From: Devosiaceae bacterium
GTDB lineage: Bacteria; Pseudomonadota; Alphaproteobacteria; Rhizobiales; Devosiaceae
Length of the DNA stretch: 64,000 nt
Assembly (NCBI GenBank): GCA_021648375.1
Contig: JAKISW010000005.1
Span: forward strand, 35,161-99,160
Direction: 5' to 3'
The notes under the pieces were generated by a model, which did not search any database, was not told the origin of the DNA, and worked only from the letters and a program-made list of their open reading frames with translations. The translations under genes and the position numbers were made by a program. This document shows, one piece after another, positions 55,982 through 64,000 of this stretch. Each line of letters opens with the position of its first letter. The stretch's first letter is position 1.

Positions 55982-57250
55982 TTATAGCCAATCGGGCACA
56001 CTATCCTGATCTATCAGCTCTTTAATGGTCTGGCGTGGGCGTATGGCGTGAGATCTATCCCCATCCACCAGAATTTCTGTGATCAACGGGCGTGAATTAT
56101 AGCTTGATGACATGGTGGCCCCATAGGCACCGGCGCTCATGATGGCTAATAAATCGCCAGATCTGAGTTCAGCAAGTTCGCGATCTTTACCAAGGTAATC
56201 GCCACTTTCACAAACCGGGCCAACCACATCCACTTTTATGGATTTATGGGATTTTTGCGGTTGCACCACCGGAACAATCTCATGATGGGCTTCATATAAA
56301 GTGGGGCGCAATAGATCGTTCATACCGGCATCAACAATATAAAATGATTTTTGGCTGCCGGTTTTTACATATTCAATTTTTGTCACCAGAATTCCTGCAT
56401 TTCCGGCAATCATTCTTCCGGGTTCTAAAATCAGTTCACAATCAAGGGGGGCAACTTTTTCTTTGACCACGGCTGCATAGGCCAAAGGATCGGGTGGAGG
56501 TGAATTATCTTTGTGGTAGGGAATGCCAAGACCTCCGCCCACATCCACATGGGTGATGGCATGGCCACTGGCGCGCAGGGAATTGACAAGATCAGCCATT
56601 AGGGAAAAGGCGTTGTCAAACGGTTCAAGATCGGTGATTTGCGACCCGATATGCATATCTATGCCGATGGCTTTCAGATTGGAGGAGGAAGCGATTTTGT
56701 CGTATATTTGCCCTGCCAGCTCATAGGAGATGCCAAATTTATCTTCAGCTTTTCCAGTAGAGATTTTGGCATGGGTTTTTGCATCAACATTGGGGTTGAT
56801 GCGCACGGAGACCGGTGCGATTGCATCGAGGCTTTTTGCCACATCATTTAGAACAAAAAGCTCCGGCTCGCTTTCAATATTAAAACACTTAATCCCAAGT
56901 TTTAGGCCACGAGCCATTTCTTCTCTGGTTTTTGCCACCCCGGAAAAAACAATTTTTTCAGGGGGAATTCCAGCTGCAATGGCTCTTTCAAGCTCCCCTA
57001 AAGAAACCACATCGGCTCCCGCCCCCTCGTTGGCTAAAAGGGTGAGGATTGCCTGATTTGGATTGGCTTTCATGGCATAGGCGATAAGGGTATCCATGCC
57101 TGAAAAAGCCTTTTGCATAACTGAGATATGGCGTTTGAAAGTGGCCGCAGAATAGCAATAGAACGGGGTGCCATATTGTTTGGCCAGTTCTGGAACAGAC
57201 ACATCTTCTGCATGAAGAGTACCGCTTTTATAAATGAAATGATGGACCAA
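55982..57250 (-). CDS. lysA: diaminopimelate decarboxylase
   Basis: 422-aa PLP-dependent Orn/DAP/Arg decarboxylase fold (YAMKANPN; GGGLGIPY; CESGD; GAYG). Confidence 0.95.
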   Translation of the reverse strand: MVHHFIYKSGTLHAEDVSVPELAKQYGTPFYCYSAATFKRHISVMQKAFSGMDTLIAYAMKANPNQAILTLLANEGAGADVVSLGELERAIAAGIPPEKIVFSGVAKTREEMARGLKLGIKCFNIESEPELFVLNDVAKSLDAIAPVSVRINPNVDAKTHAKISTGKAEDKFGISYELAGQIYDKIASSSNLKAIGIDMHIGSQITDLEPFDNAFSLMADLVNSLRASGHAITHVDVGGGLGIPYHKDNSPPPDPLAYAAVVKEKVAPLDCELILEPGRMIAGNAGILVTKIEYVKTGSQKSFYIVDAGMNDLLRPTLYEAHHEIVPVVQPQKSHKSIKVDVVGPVCESGDYLGKDRELAELRSGDLLAIMSAGAYGATMSSSYNSRPLITEILVDGDRSHAIRPRQTIKELIDQDSVPDWL

Positions 57251-57254
57251 TTTT

Positions 57255-58637
57255 TTAGCCTTTTAGAATTTTTTGCCAGATTTTAACCTGCTCACGCACA
57301 TTTTTAGGGGCGGTGCCACCATAGCTTGTGCGGCTGTTTACCGAGTTTTTCACTCCCAATACTTCAAATACTGCCGGGGTGATATTGTTTTCTACTGATT
57401 GCATCTGTTCAATGCTCAATTGTTCCAGAGTGCACTGGTTTTTTTCGGCCAGCGCCACAATTTCTCCGGTTACATGGTGGGCATCCCTAAAGGGCATATT
57501 TAAGGTGCGAACCAGCCAGTCTGCCAGATCGGTGGCGGTGGAAAATCCGGCCCCGGCTGCTTTTTCCATCTCCGGTCGGTTAAAGCTTATATCGTCAACC
57601 ATTCCTGTCATGGCAGCAAGGGAAAGGGACAATGTATCAAATGCATCAAATGCGCCCTCCTTATCTTCCTGCATGTCTTTGGAATAGGTCAGGGGCAAGC
57701 CCTTCATAACTATGGTCATGGCCACCTGGGCGCCAAAAATTCTCCCGATTTTGGCCCGAATAAGTTCGGCAGCATCCGGATTGCGCTTTTGCGGCATAAT
57801 GGAAGATCCGGTGGAAAAGCGATCGGAAAGTCTGACAAAACCAAACTGGGGGGTCGACCAGATGACCAGTTCTTCGGCAAAGCGCGAGAGATGCATGGCG
57901 CAGATAGAGGCGGCTGAAAGGGTTTCGATAACAAAATCCCTGTCCGAAACCGCATCAAGGGAATTTGCGGCGGGTTTTTCAAACCCTAATTCTTTTGCCG
58001 TCATTTCCCGATCGATGGGAAAGCTGGTTCCGGCTAGGGCTGCAGCTCCAAGGGGGCTGATATTTATTCTTTTTCTTGCGTCCAAAAACCTATGATAGTC
58101 GCGGCTGAGCATCTCTACATAGGCCAAAAGATGGTGGCCAAGGGTAACCGGCTGGGCGGTCTGCAAATGGGTGAAACCGGGCATGATCGTTTCAGCTTCT
58201 TCATCAGCCCGTTTAACCAAGGCTATCTGTAATGAAGAAATCTGCCCAACGAGCAAATCCACCACATCGCGCACATAGAGGCGAAAATCGGTGGCCACCT
58301 GATCATTGCGTGATCGGGCCGTGTGCAGGCGGGCTGCGGGATCGCCGATCTTTTGGGCCAGTGCGCTTTCAATATTCATGTGAATATCTTCAAGCGCACG
58401 CGAAAAGTTGAATTTGTTTTGTTCGATATCTTTTTGCAAATCTGCTAGAGCAGCGGTGATAGAGTTTTTATCATCTTTCGAAATGATACCAGTTGCTGCC
58501 AGCATATTGGCATGGGCGATGGAGCCGGCGATGTCCTGGCGAAAAAAACGTTTGTCATAGCCAATGGAGGCGTTGATTTCTTCCATTATGGCGTCAGGTC
58601 CGGCGGCAAAACGTCCGCCCCACATACGATTACTCAT
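57255..58637 (-). CDS. argH: argininosuccinate lyase
   Basis: 460 aa starting MWGGRFA, with the lyase signature [12 protein letters not shown]. Confidence 0.95.
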   Translation of the reverse strand: MSNRMWGGRFAAGPDAIMEEINASIGYDKRFFRQDIAGSIAHANMLAATGIISKDDKNSITAALADLQKDIEQNKFNFSRALEDIHMNIESALAQKIGDPAARLHTARSRNDQVATDFRLYVRDVVDLLVGQISSLQIALVKRADEEAETIMPGFTHLQTAQPVTLGHHLLAYVEMLSRDYHRFLDARKRINISPLGAAALAGTSFPIDREMTAKELGFEKPAANSLDAVSDRDFVIETLSAASICAMHLSRFAEELVIWSTPQFGFVRLSDRFSTGSSIMPQKRNPDAAELIRAKIGRIFGAQVAMTIVMKGLPLTYSKDMQEDKEGAFDAFDTLSLSLAAMTGMVDDISFNRPEMEKAAGAGFSTATDLADWLVRTLNMPFRDAHHVTGEIVALAEKNQCTLEQLSIEQMQSVENNITPAVFEVLGVKNSVNSRTSYGGTAPKNVREQVKIWQKILKG

Positions 58638-58689
58638 TGGTCCCTCTATGGTGGCCCGTGCGAAAAAATTTTAGAACGGGAGAGTTGAA

Positions 58690-59361
58690 TTGGCTCAACA
58701 AACTGAAGAAAATGGCAAAAAACCGATCGCCAGAATTTTGGTGCCTATTGTTGTTTTTGGTGGTGCGCTAGGTATAGCGAGCGTTTTATGGCTTAGCAAC
58801 GCCTCAGATACACAGGCTTTGGAATGTGAAGTGAGCGCAGATGCTTTGGCTGCCCTTGATGCGGTAACTATTGGCCAGTTGGCGGCGGTTTTACCCACCG
58901 GGACCGGGCGGGGATATTCGGATCTGGAATTTGTGGACGAGAATATGAACCCCATGACATTGGCTGAGTTTACCGGAAAGCCGTTGCTGGTGAATTTTTG
59001 GGCCACATGGTGCGGACCCTGTCGCGAAGAAATGCCGGCGTTGAATAATCTGGCCCGTGCCTATGACATCAAGGACTTTCAGGTTTTAACCATTGATCTT
59101 GATTTGGGAGATGACGGCATAAAATTGGCCAGAGCATTTTTGGATGAGTTTGGGCTTGAAAGCCTGCCCCTGTTGGCCGATCCGACATTTGCGGCCTTTG
59201 AGAGATTGCAAAGAAGCGGAGTTTCTCTTGGTCTGCCCACAACCTTGTTGCTGGATGCCAAGGGGTGCGAACTTGCGGTATTGCAGGGACCTGCGGAATG
59301 GGACAGCCCATCGGCGTTTAAACTGATTGATACGCTGATTGAAGTTGGCTCGTTAAGTTAG
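58690..59361 (+). CDS. tlpA: TlpA-family thiol:disulfide oxidoreductase
   Basis: TTG start, an N-terminal membrane anchor and the thioredoxin motif WATWCGPC. It is divergent from argH, as in many alphaproteobacteria. Confidence 0.8.
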   Translation: MAQQTEENGKKPIARILVPIVVFGGALGIASVLWLSNASDTQALECEVSADALAALDAVTIGQLAAVLPTGTGRGYSDLEFVDENMNPMTLAEFTGKPLLVNFWATWCGPCREEMPALNNLARAYDIKDFQVLTIDLDLGDDGIKLARAFLDEFGLESLPLLADPTFAAFERLQRSGVSLGLPTTLLLDAKGCELAVLQGPAEWDSPSAFKLIDTLIEVGSLS

Positions 59362-59388
59362 GCCCATTGGGTTTTAAGCAAAAAGGTT

Positions 59389-59574
59389 TTAGGCGGTTTT
59401 ATCGACCCTTGTGCCCATGCCGGGGGGTAGGGGAGCGCTTTTGGAAACTGCGTCAACCATTTCAATCAGCATCTTATCCATTTCCTGCTGCTTTTTTATA
59501 ACAGCGAATTGTGCTGACGCCTGGGTCTGCACTTGTTTCAAATTAAATGCCTGAGATGCAATGTCTAAATTCAT
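59389..59574 (-). CDS. YjfB-like putative motility protein
   Basis: 61 aa from ATG 59574. The sequence MNLDIASQAFNLKQVQTQASAQFAVIKKQQEMDKMLIEMV....PPGMG..VD resembles the YjfB small-protein family. Confidence 0.5.
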   Translation of the reverse strand: MNLDIASQAFNLKQVQTQASAQFAVIKKQQEMDKMLIEMVDAVSKSAPLPPGMGTRVDKTA

Positions 59575-59629
59575 GGGGCCATTGTAGGCAAGCAAGGTAA
59601 ATAAAGAGTTCGGCAGGTTCTAAGTCTAA

Positions 59630-60313
59630 TTATTTGCCGCCAAACAGGGGGACTTCGCGGCGCTTAAACACTAATGCAAGCGCGGCCCCGGCCAGCATAC
59701 CTCCGATATGGGCCCACCAGGCAACAGAGCCTTCCCCTGCAAACATGGCATAAAAAAACTGGGTGCCGATCCAAAATCCTAAAAACCAAAAAGCTGGCAC
59801 CGGCAGGGGAATAGGGATGATTATTCGGGCCAGAACAAATACTCTGGCATGGGGATAAAGCACAATATAGGCCCCCAATATTCCAGCTACCGCTCCTGAG
59901 GCCCCAATCAGGGGACCGCTTGAATCAAGGTTCATGACAAGATGGGCACCAGCGGCTAAAGCGGCGGTGGCCATATAGAAGATAAAATACCTGAAATGGC
60001 CCATGGCATCTTCAATATTGTCGCCAAAAACAAACAGGAACAACATGTTTGAAAGCAGATGCAGCCAGTCCGCATGTAAAAATGCATAGGTTATCAGGGG
60101 CAGTTGATCGGGAATAAAAGCCAGGGGCTGGGGCACGATATCGCGCACAACAACGGGGATCATGCCAAAATATATGGTGAGTTCAAAATTGGCTTTTTCC
60201 GGCATTAAATACTGGGCCAAAAAAACGAGGCTGGTTATGGCGATCAACGAATAGTTCACATAGGCAAATTTTATGTGCTTGATGGGATTTGTATCATGCA
60301 GGGGTAAAAACAT
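59630..60313 (-). CDS. rhomboid-family intramembrane serine protease
   Basis: Catalytic GASGAVAGILGA and HIGGMLAG motifs are present in a polytopic protein. The start was set at ATG 60313, which overlaps the upstream stop by one nt (ATGA). Confidence 0.85.
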   Translation of the reverse strand: MFLPLHDTNPIKHIKFAYVNYSLIAITSLVFLAQYLMPEKANFELTIYFGMIPVVVRDIVPQPLAFIPDQLPLITYAFLHADWLHLLSNMLFLFVFGDNIEDAMGHFRYFIFYMATAALAAGAHLVMNLDSSGPLIGASGAVAGILGAYIVLYPHARVFVLARIIIPIPLPVPAFWFLGFWIGTQFFYAMFAGEGSVAWWAHIGGMLAGAALALVFKRREVPLFGGK

Positions 60314-60909
60314 CAGGTCATGCCTTTTGAGTGACCTGAATGTTTGCCCGGTAGCCACAACACATCTGTTTTTCCCTTATCGTTGGCATAGCGGGCCAGA
60401 ACGAATAGCAGGTCTGAAAGACGATTAAGATAGATAAGAGTTTTTGGGGAGGTTTCTGGTTCTTTTGCGATCAGGGAGAAACAATCGCGCTCGGCCCGAC
60501 GGGTGACAGTTCGGGCTACATGCAAAGTTGCTGCCAGGGGCGTTCCGGCCGGCAATACAAAGCTGGTCAGGGGGTCAAGATCTTCGTTTAGCTGATCGAT
60601 CTGGTTTTCAAGCCAATCAATCTGCTTTTGGCTTATTCGCAGGGGGGGGCGGGTTTTGTCACTATCGGAAACAGGTGTTGCCAGATCTGAGCCAAGGTCA
60701 AACAGGTCATTTTGAATGCGGGAAAGAATAGAATCAAAACGGGCCAGTTTTGCCGCATGGGTGCGGGCCAGGCCGATAAACGAATTGGTTTCGTCCACAC
60801 TTCCATATGCCTGAACCCTTAAATCGTCTTTTTTTCGACGGGGACCACTAACCAAAGCTGTTGTGCCATCATCGCCGGTGCGAGTGTAGATTTTGTTCAG
60901 TTTGACCAT
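60313..60909 (-). CDS. PduO-type ATP:cob(I)alamin adenosyltransferase
   Basis: MVKLNKIYTRTGDDGTT is the typical PduO-type N-terminus. The start was set at ATG 60909. Confidence 0.9.
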   Translation of the reverse strand: MVKLNKIYTRTGDDGTTALVSGPRRKKDDLRVQAYGSVDETNSFIGLARTHAAKLARFDSILSRIQNDLFDLGSDLATPVSDSDKTRPPLRISQKQIDWLENQIDQLNEDLDPLTSFVLPAGTPLAATLHVARTVTRRAERDCFSLIAKEPETSPKTLIYLNRLSDLLFVLARYANDKGKTDVLWLPGKHSGHSKGMT

Positions 60910-60935
60910 GTTTTTATTCCCGGAATGTGAATTTT

Positions 60936-61130
60936 TTAGCCACCGTTGGCCATTACGAAGGCAAGGGCGATCAGCAATAAAACTGCAACAAATTGCACGA
61001 TGACCCGGGCGCGCATTAAATTCTGGCTTAATTTTCCGCCGCCCTTGAACATGCTCCAAAGTCCGGCCCCAAGGATAATCACCAATGCAACCATGGTGAT
61101 TACAACAAGAATATTCAGCGTTAAGCTCAT
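60936..61130 (-). CDS. twin transmembrane helix small protein (HIG1-like)
   Basis: 64 aa with two hydrophobic helices separated by FKGGGKLSQNLMRARV. Confidence 0.7.
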   Translation of the reverse strand: MSLTLNILVVITMVALVIILGAGLWSMFKGGGKLSQNLMRARVIVQFVAVLLLIALAFVMANGG

Positions 61131-61156
61131 TTTGGAATTCTCATTTTTTAATAATT

Positions 61157-62053
61157 CTATTCAGTAGAAAAATAATCACCCAGCAATTCACCAAGCCTAT
61201 CATAAATGACACGGATTCGGGCGCTGGTGAATAGTTCTTTGTGGGTTGTCAGCCAGATTTGCAATGGTGGAATGACAAGTTGGGGCAAAATGGCCTTTAT
61301 TTCAGGCTCTGCCTCAACCAAAACTGTTTGAGCAAAGCCAACGCCCAGTCCAGCCTTGATCATTTCCCACATGGCTGTTTGACTGTCGGTGCGCAGGGAA
61401 AAATGAGAGCGTTGCAGATCAAACCCTAATTGTTTGGCGATCGAAAGCAATAATTCAGATCGATCAAATCCGACCAGATCAATTTCGTAAAGGTCTTTTA
61501 TATCTTTTGGAGCTCCGTTTTTTGCAAGATATTGTGTGTGGGCACAACAGGTCATGGGGCTTTGGCCGATCTTGCGTGAAATAAGCTCGAGTTGGGTGGG
61601 GCGAAACATTCTCACCGCAATATCACATTCTCGCATCAAAAGGTTTTCAGCCGAATCCGATGGGACCAGTTCAATTTCAATGGAGGGGAATTGTTCTCTT
61701 ATATCTGCCAGCATTTTTGGCAGAATATAGTGAGAAGTTATGGTGCTGGCAGTAATTCTAACTGCGCCGGAAAGACGGGTATTTGACCCTTCTCCTAAAA
61801 TTGCCGCTTCATTAAGGGAGTTTTGGGCGGTTTTAACCTGCTCAAACAGACGCATGGCACTGGCGTTGGGTTCAAAACCTTTGATGGTGCGGATAAAAAG
61901 GCTTGCCCCCAATTCGCTTTCCAGGGCCTGGATATGGCGCCCGATTGTGGGCTGGGACAAGCCAAGCTGACGTGCTGCACCCGACAGGGAACCCTGTTCG
62001 ATGACGGCGCCAAAACTGCGCCACAATGTCCAGTCCGGGGATGATCTATTCAT
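61157..62053 (-). CDS. LysR-family transcriptional regulator
   Basis: 298 aa with the N-terminal HTH GSLSGAARQLGLSQPTIGRHIQALE and a LysR substrate-binding domain. Confidence 0.9.
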   Translation of the reverse strand: MNRSSPDWTLWRSFGAVIEQGSLSGAARQLGLSQPTIGRHIQALESELGASLFIRTIKGFEPNASAMRLFEQVKTAQNSLNEAAILGEGSNTRLSGAVRITASTITSHYILPKMLADIREQFPSIEIELVPSDSAENLLMRECDIAVRMFRPTQLELISRKIGQSPMTCCAHTQYLAKNGAPKDIKDLYEIDLVGFDRSELLLSIAKQLGFDLQRSHFSLRTDSQTAMWEMIKAGLGVGFAQTVLVEAEPEIKAILPQLVIPPLQIWLTTHKELFTSARIRVIYDRLGELLGDYFSTE

Positions 62054-62176
62054 TTTTGAATAGTCTTTGTGCGAAATTGGCTGATTTACTTATATTTTTG
62101 AATATCATATTTATCGGATAAAGCAAATCCCAAATTTTGAATTGAAGCAAAAATTTCAGCAGGAGTTTAGAGTAAA

Positions 62177-63106
62177 ATGGCAAATACGGTGACGGTATTG
62201 GGAATAAACGGCAAACTCGGGCAGGAGGTTGCCAAGGCATTTGTTAATGGTGGCTGGCGTGTTATTGGCATGGGGCGCGGCAATCAGGCTAGGCTGGATG
62301 GTGTTGAGTTTGTTGAAGGTGATGTGACAATTGTCGCTGATACCAAGCGGGCGGTTGAGGGTGCTGATGTAGTGATCAATGCCATAAACCCTCCCTATGA
62401 CCAGTGGGACAAGGGGCGGGTTGAAGCTATGCTGGCCAAGATTTTATTGGCCCTTAAGGGTAGTGGTAAAACTCTTATATTTCCGGGCAATGTTTACAAT
62501 TATGCCGCTAAACAACATTTGATCGAGCCGGATACGAAACAAAACCCCCATGGGGACAAGGGAGAAATTCGCAAACGCATGGAGCAGCAATTACTGGCTG
62601 CCTCCAAAGATGGATTGCAGGTTTTAATCGTTCGTATGGGTGATTTTTTTGCTGCCAATGCTGACGGAACCATGCTTGACCTGATGGTTATGCAGCGGGC
62701 AAAATCCAATGTTTTGCAATATGGTGGTGATCTGTCATTACATCATTCATGGGCATATCTGCCTGATGCGGCCAAAGTATTTGTAAAAATTGCTGAAGCA
62801 CGCCAGAATCTTTCTGCCTTTCAAAGCCTGCATTTTTCAGGTCATTTTGTAACCGGCACCCAGATGATTGATGCCATACAAGAAGTTATGCCAAAACGGG
62901 CTAAAGTTGTGTGCGTACCTTGGGGCATGATGAAATTTATCGGACTGTTTTCGCCTGTTTTGCGTGAAGTGGTGAAAATGCGATATCTTTGGGACGAACC
63001 ACACCAGTTGCAGGATAAAGAACTGGATGCATTGCTGGGGGAGAATTTTGGCACGCCATTTAAGGAAGCCGTAGCCTTAAGCGCACGCTCTTATTTACCG
63101 AAATAA
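62177..63106 (+). CDS. NAD(P)-dependent epimerase/dehydratase (NmrA/SDR-like) protein
   Basis: 309 aa with the N-terminal motif VTVLGINGKLGQEV. It is divergent from the LysR gene. Confidence 0.7.
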   Translation: MANTVTVLGINGKLGQEVAKAFVNGGWRVIGMGRGNQARLDGVEFVEGDVTIVADTKRAVEGADVVINAINPPYDQWDKGRVEAMLAKILLALKGSGKTLIFPGNVYNYAAKQHLIEPDTKQNPHGDKGEIRKRMEQQLLAASKDGLQVLIVRMGDFFAANADGTMLDLMVMQRAKSNVLQYGGDLSLHHSWAYLPDAAKVFVKIAEARQNLSAFQSLHFSGHFVTGTQMIDAIQEVMPKRAKVVCVPWGMMKFIGLFSPVLREVVKMRYLWDEPHQLQDKELDALLGENFGTPFKEAVALSARSYLPK

Positions 63107-63988
63107 GATATCGTTACGCAGTTCATCTGCGCTAATCCCTGCAAGCCTTAAATCCCTTAAGCTGGCTGATCCTTTGGATTTGGCCAGCTTTTGCTGTTGG
63201 GGATCAGTTATCAGCTCGTGATGAAAATATATGGGCTGGGGCAGGCCCAATAGCGATTGCAAAACCCTATGGATATCTGTTGCAGCCAACAGGTCTTTGC
63301 CACGGGCGACGTGGGTAATATTTTGCATTGCATCATCAAGCACTACGCTCAAGTGATATGAGGTTGGAATATCTTTGCGCTGGATAACCACATCGCCCCA
63401 GCGTTCGGGCTGGCAATTAATGGTGGTAATTGCCATGGAGTTTTCAGACTGCAATTGCTTGAAACTTAACGGCCCGGTCAACCCCATGGCCTTATCCATA
63501 TGCAGCCGATATTGCGCAGGAACTTTTGCATTTAACCTTTGTTCGATTTTATCAGGGCTGAGATTTTTGCAGGTTCCGGGATAGAGAGGCGCGCCGTCCG
63601 GGTCTTTATCAGAATCAGCATTTTTTTTGATTCCTGCGTTTTCTTGTATTTGTTTTCTGGTGCAAAAACACGGATAAAGTAATTTCATTTTCTTAAGTCT
63701 GTCTGCTGCTATTTCGTAATATTCAAAACGTGTTGATTGCAGCAAAACCGGTTTTGTCCAATTCAGGTCCAACCATTTCAGATCCTGCAATATGGCTTGG
63801 ATAAATTCGGGTTTACTTCTGTTTTGATCAATGTCTTCAATTCGTAGCAGCCATGTGCCACCAAGTTTTTTTGCCAGCTTGTCTGTTACAAAAGCTGAAT
63901 ATGCGTGACCCAGATGCAAAAACCCATTGGGGCTTGGCGCAAATCGTAAAATCGGCTTTGTTGCTTTTGTGCGCGATGATTGTTTCAT
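63095..63988 (-). CDS. gluQ: tRNA glutamyl-Q(34) synthetase
   Basis: 297 aa with LRFAPSPNGFLHLGHAYSA (HIGH region). It is a GluRS catalytic-domain paralog lacking the anticodon-binding domain. Confidence 0.9.
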   Translation of the reverse strand: MKQSSRTKATKPILRFAPSPNGFLHLGHAYSAFVTDKLAKKLGGTWLLRIEDIDQNRSKPEFIQAILQDLKWLDLNWTKPVLLQSTRFEYYEIAADRLKKMKLLYPCFCTRKQIQENAGIKKNADSDKDPDGAPLYPGTCKNLSPDKIEQRLNAKVPAQYRLHMDKAMGLTGPLSFKQLQSENSMAITTINCQPERWGDVVIQRKDIPTSYHLSVVLDDAMQNITHVARGKDLLAATDIHRVLQSLLGLPQPIYFHHELITDPQQQKLAKSKGSASLRDLRLAGISADELRNDILFR

Positions 63989-64000
63989 AAAAACCCGTTG

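Noticed and set aside
1-64000. A window-wide look for defence systems, prophage or integrase genes, toxin-antitoxin pairs, tRNA/rRNA genes, and riboswitches in the larger leaders.
   Set aside because: No candidate ORFs or RNA structures of these kinds were recognisable. Every intergenic gap over 100 bp was read, and each is explained by the repeats, terminators or promoter regions listed above.

Overview
This is a 64-kb chromosomal segment. Gene content and synteny suggest a marine alphaproteobacterium (inference): argH/tlpA divergence, hisC-tyrC-DUF2125, ftsEX/zinc-ribbon/cpdR-like, and a CheS-type che operon. It holds about 70 densely packed protein genes, nearly all housekeeping or transport. 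In order: folD (partial), psuG-psuK plus a glycerate kinase, the phnDCEE importer, and a small regulator/oxidoreductase patch (TetR, AraC, SDR, VOC, PPOX). Next comes a complete chemotaxis cluster (STAS/CheS-like, cheY, cheA, cheW, then cheD, cheR, cheB, cheY and a NIT-type MCP). After that: a LIV-type ABC importer, a proX-proX-proW-proV importer, pyc, ispG/ispA, rpmF, fumC, gloB, hisC, tyrC, plsC, ftsEX, lysA, argH, tlpA, a PduO-type adenosyltransferase and gluQ. I saw no rRNA, tRNA, CRISPR, prophage, integrase or recognisable defence genes. Three things stand out. (1) A repeat family is built on the core TAGGGTCAGGACC. It includes one intact ~280-bp MITE-like element with 23-bp terminal inverted repeats and TA flanks (36167-36446) and a homologous second copy that splits the che cluster (19122 to ~19400). 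It also includes mini-copies sitting exactly on the TAG stop codons of phnE and the MCP gene. (2) An oppositely oriented 137-codon ORF lies inside the che cluster (19454-19867). It has a CheZ-like QxQDxxxQ motif, and its C-terminal 40 aa align ungapped to a segment of the neighbouring CheA. It is a candidate undescribed CheY-P phosphatase or adaptor. (3) A perfect 17-bp tandem duplication of the cheA initiation region creates a 6-codon uORF whose stop overlaps the cheA ATG. All calls come from reading the sequence and translations by eye; no searches were run.
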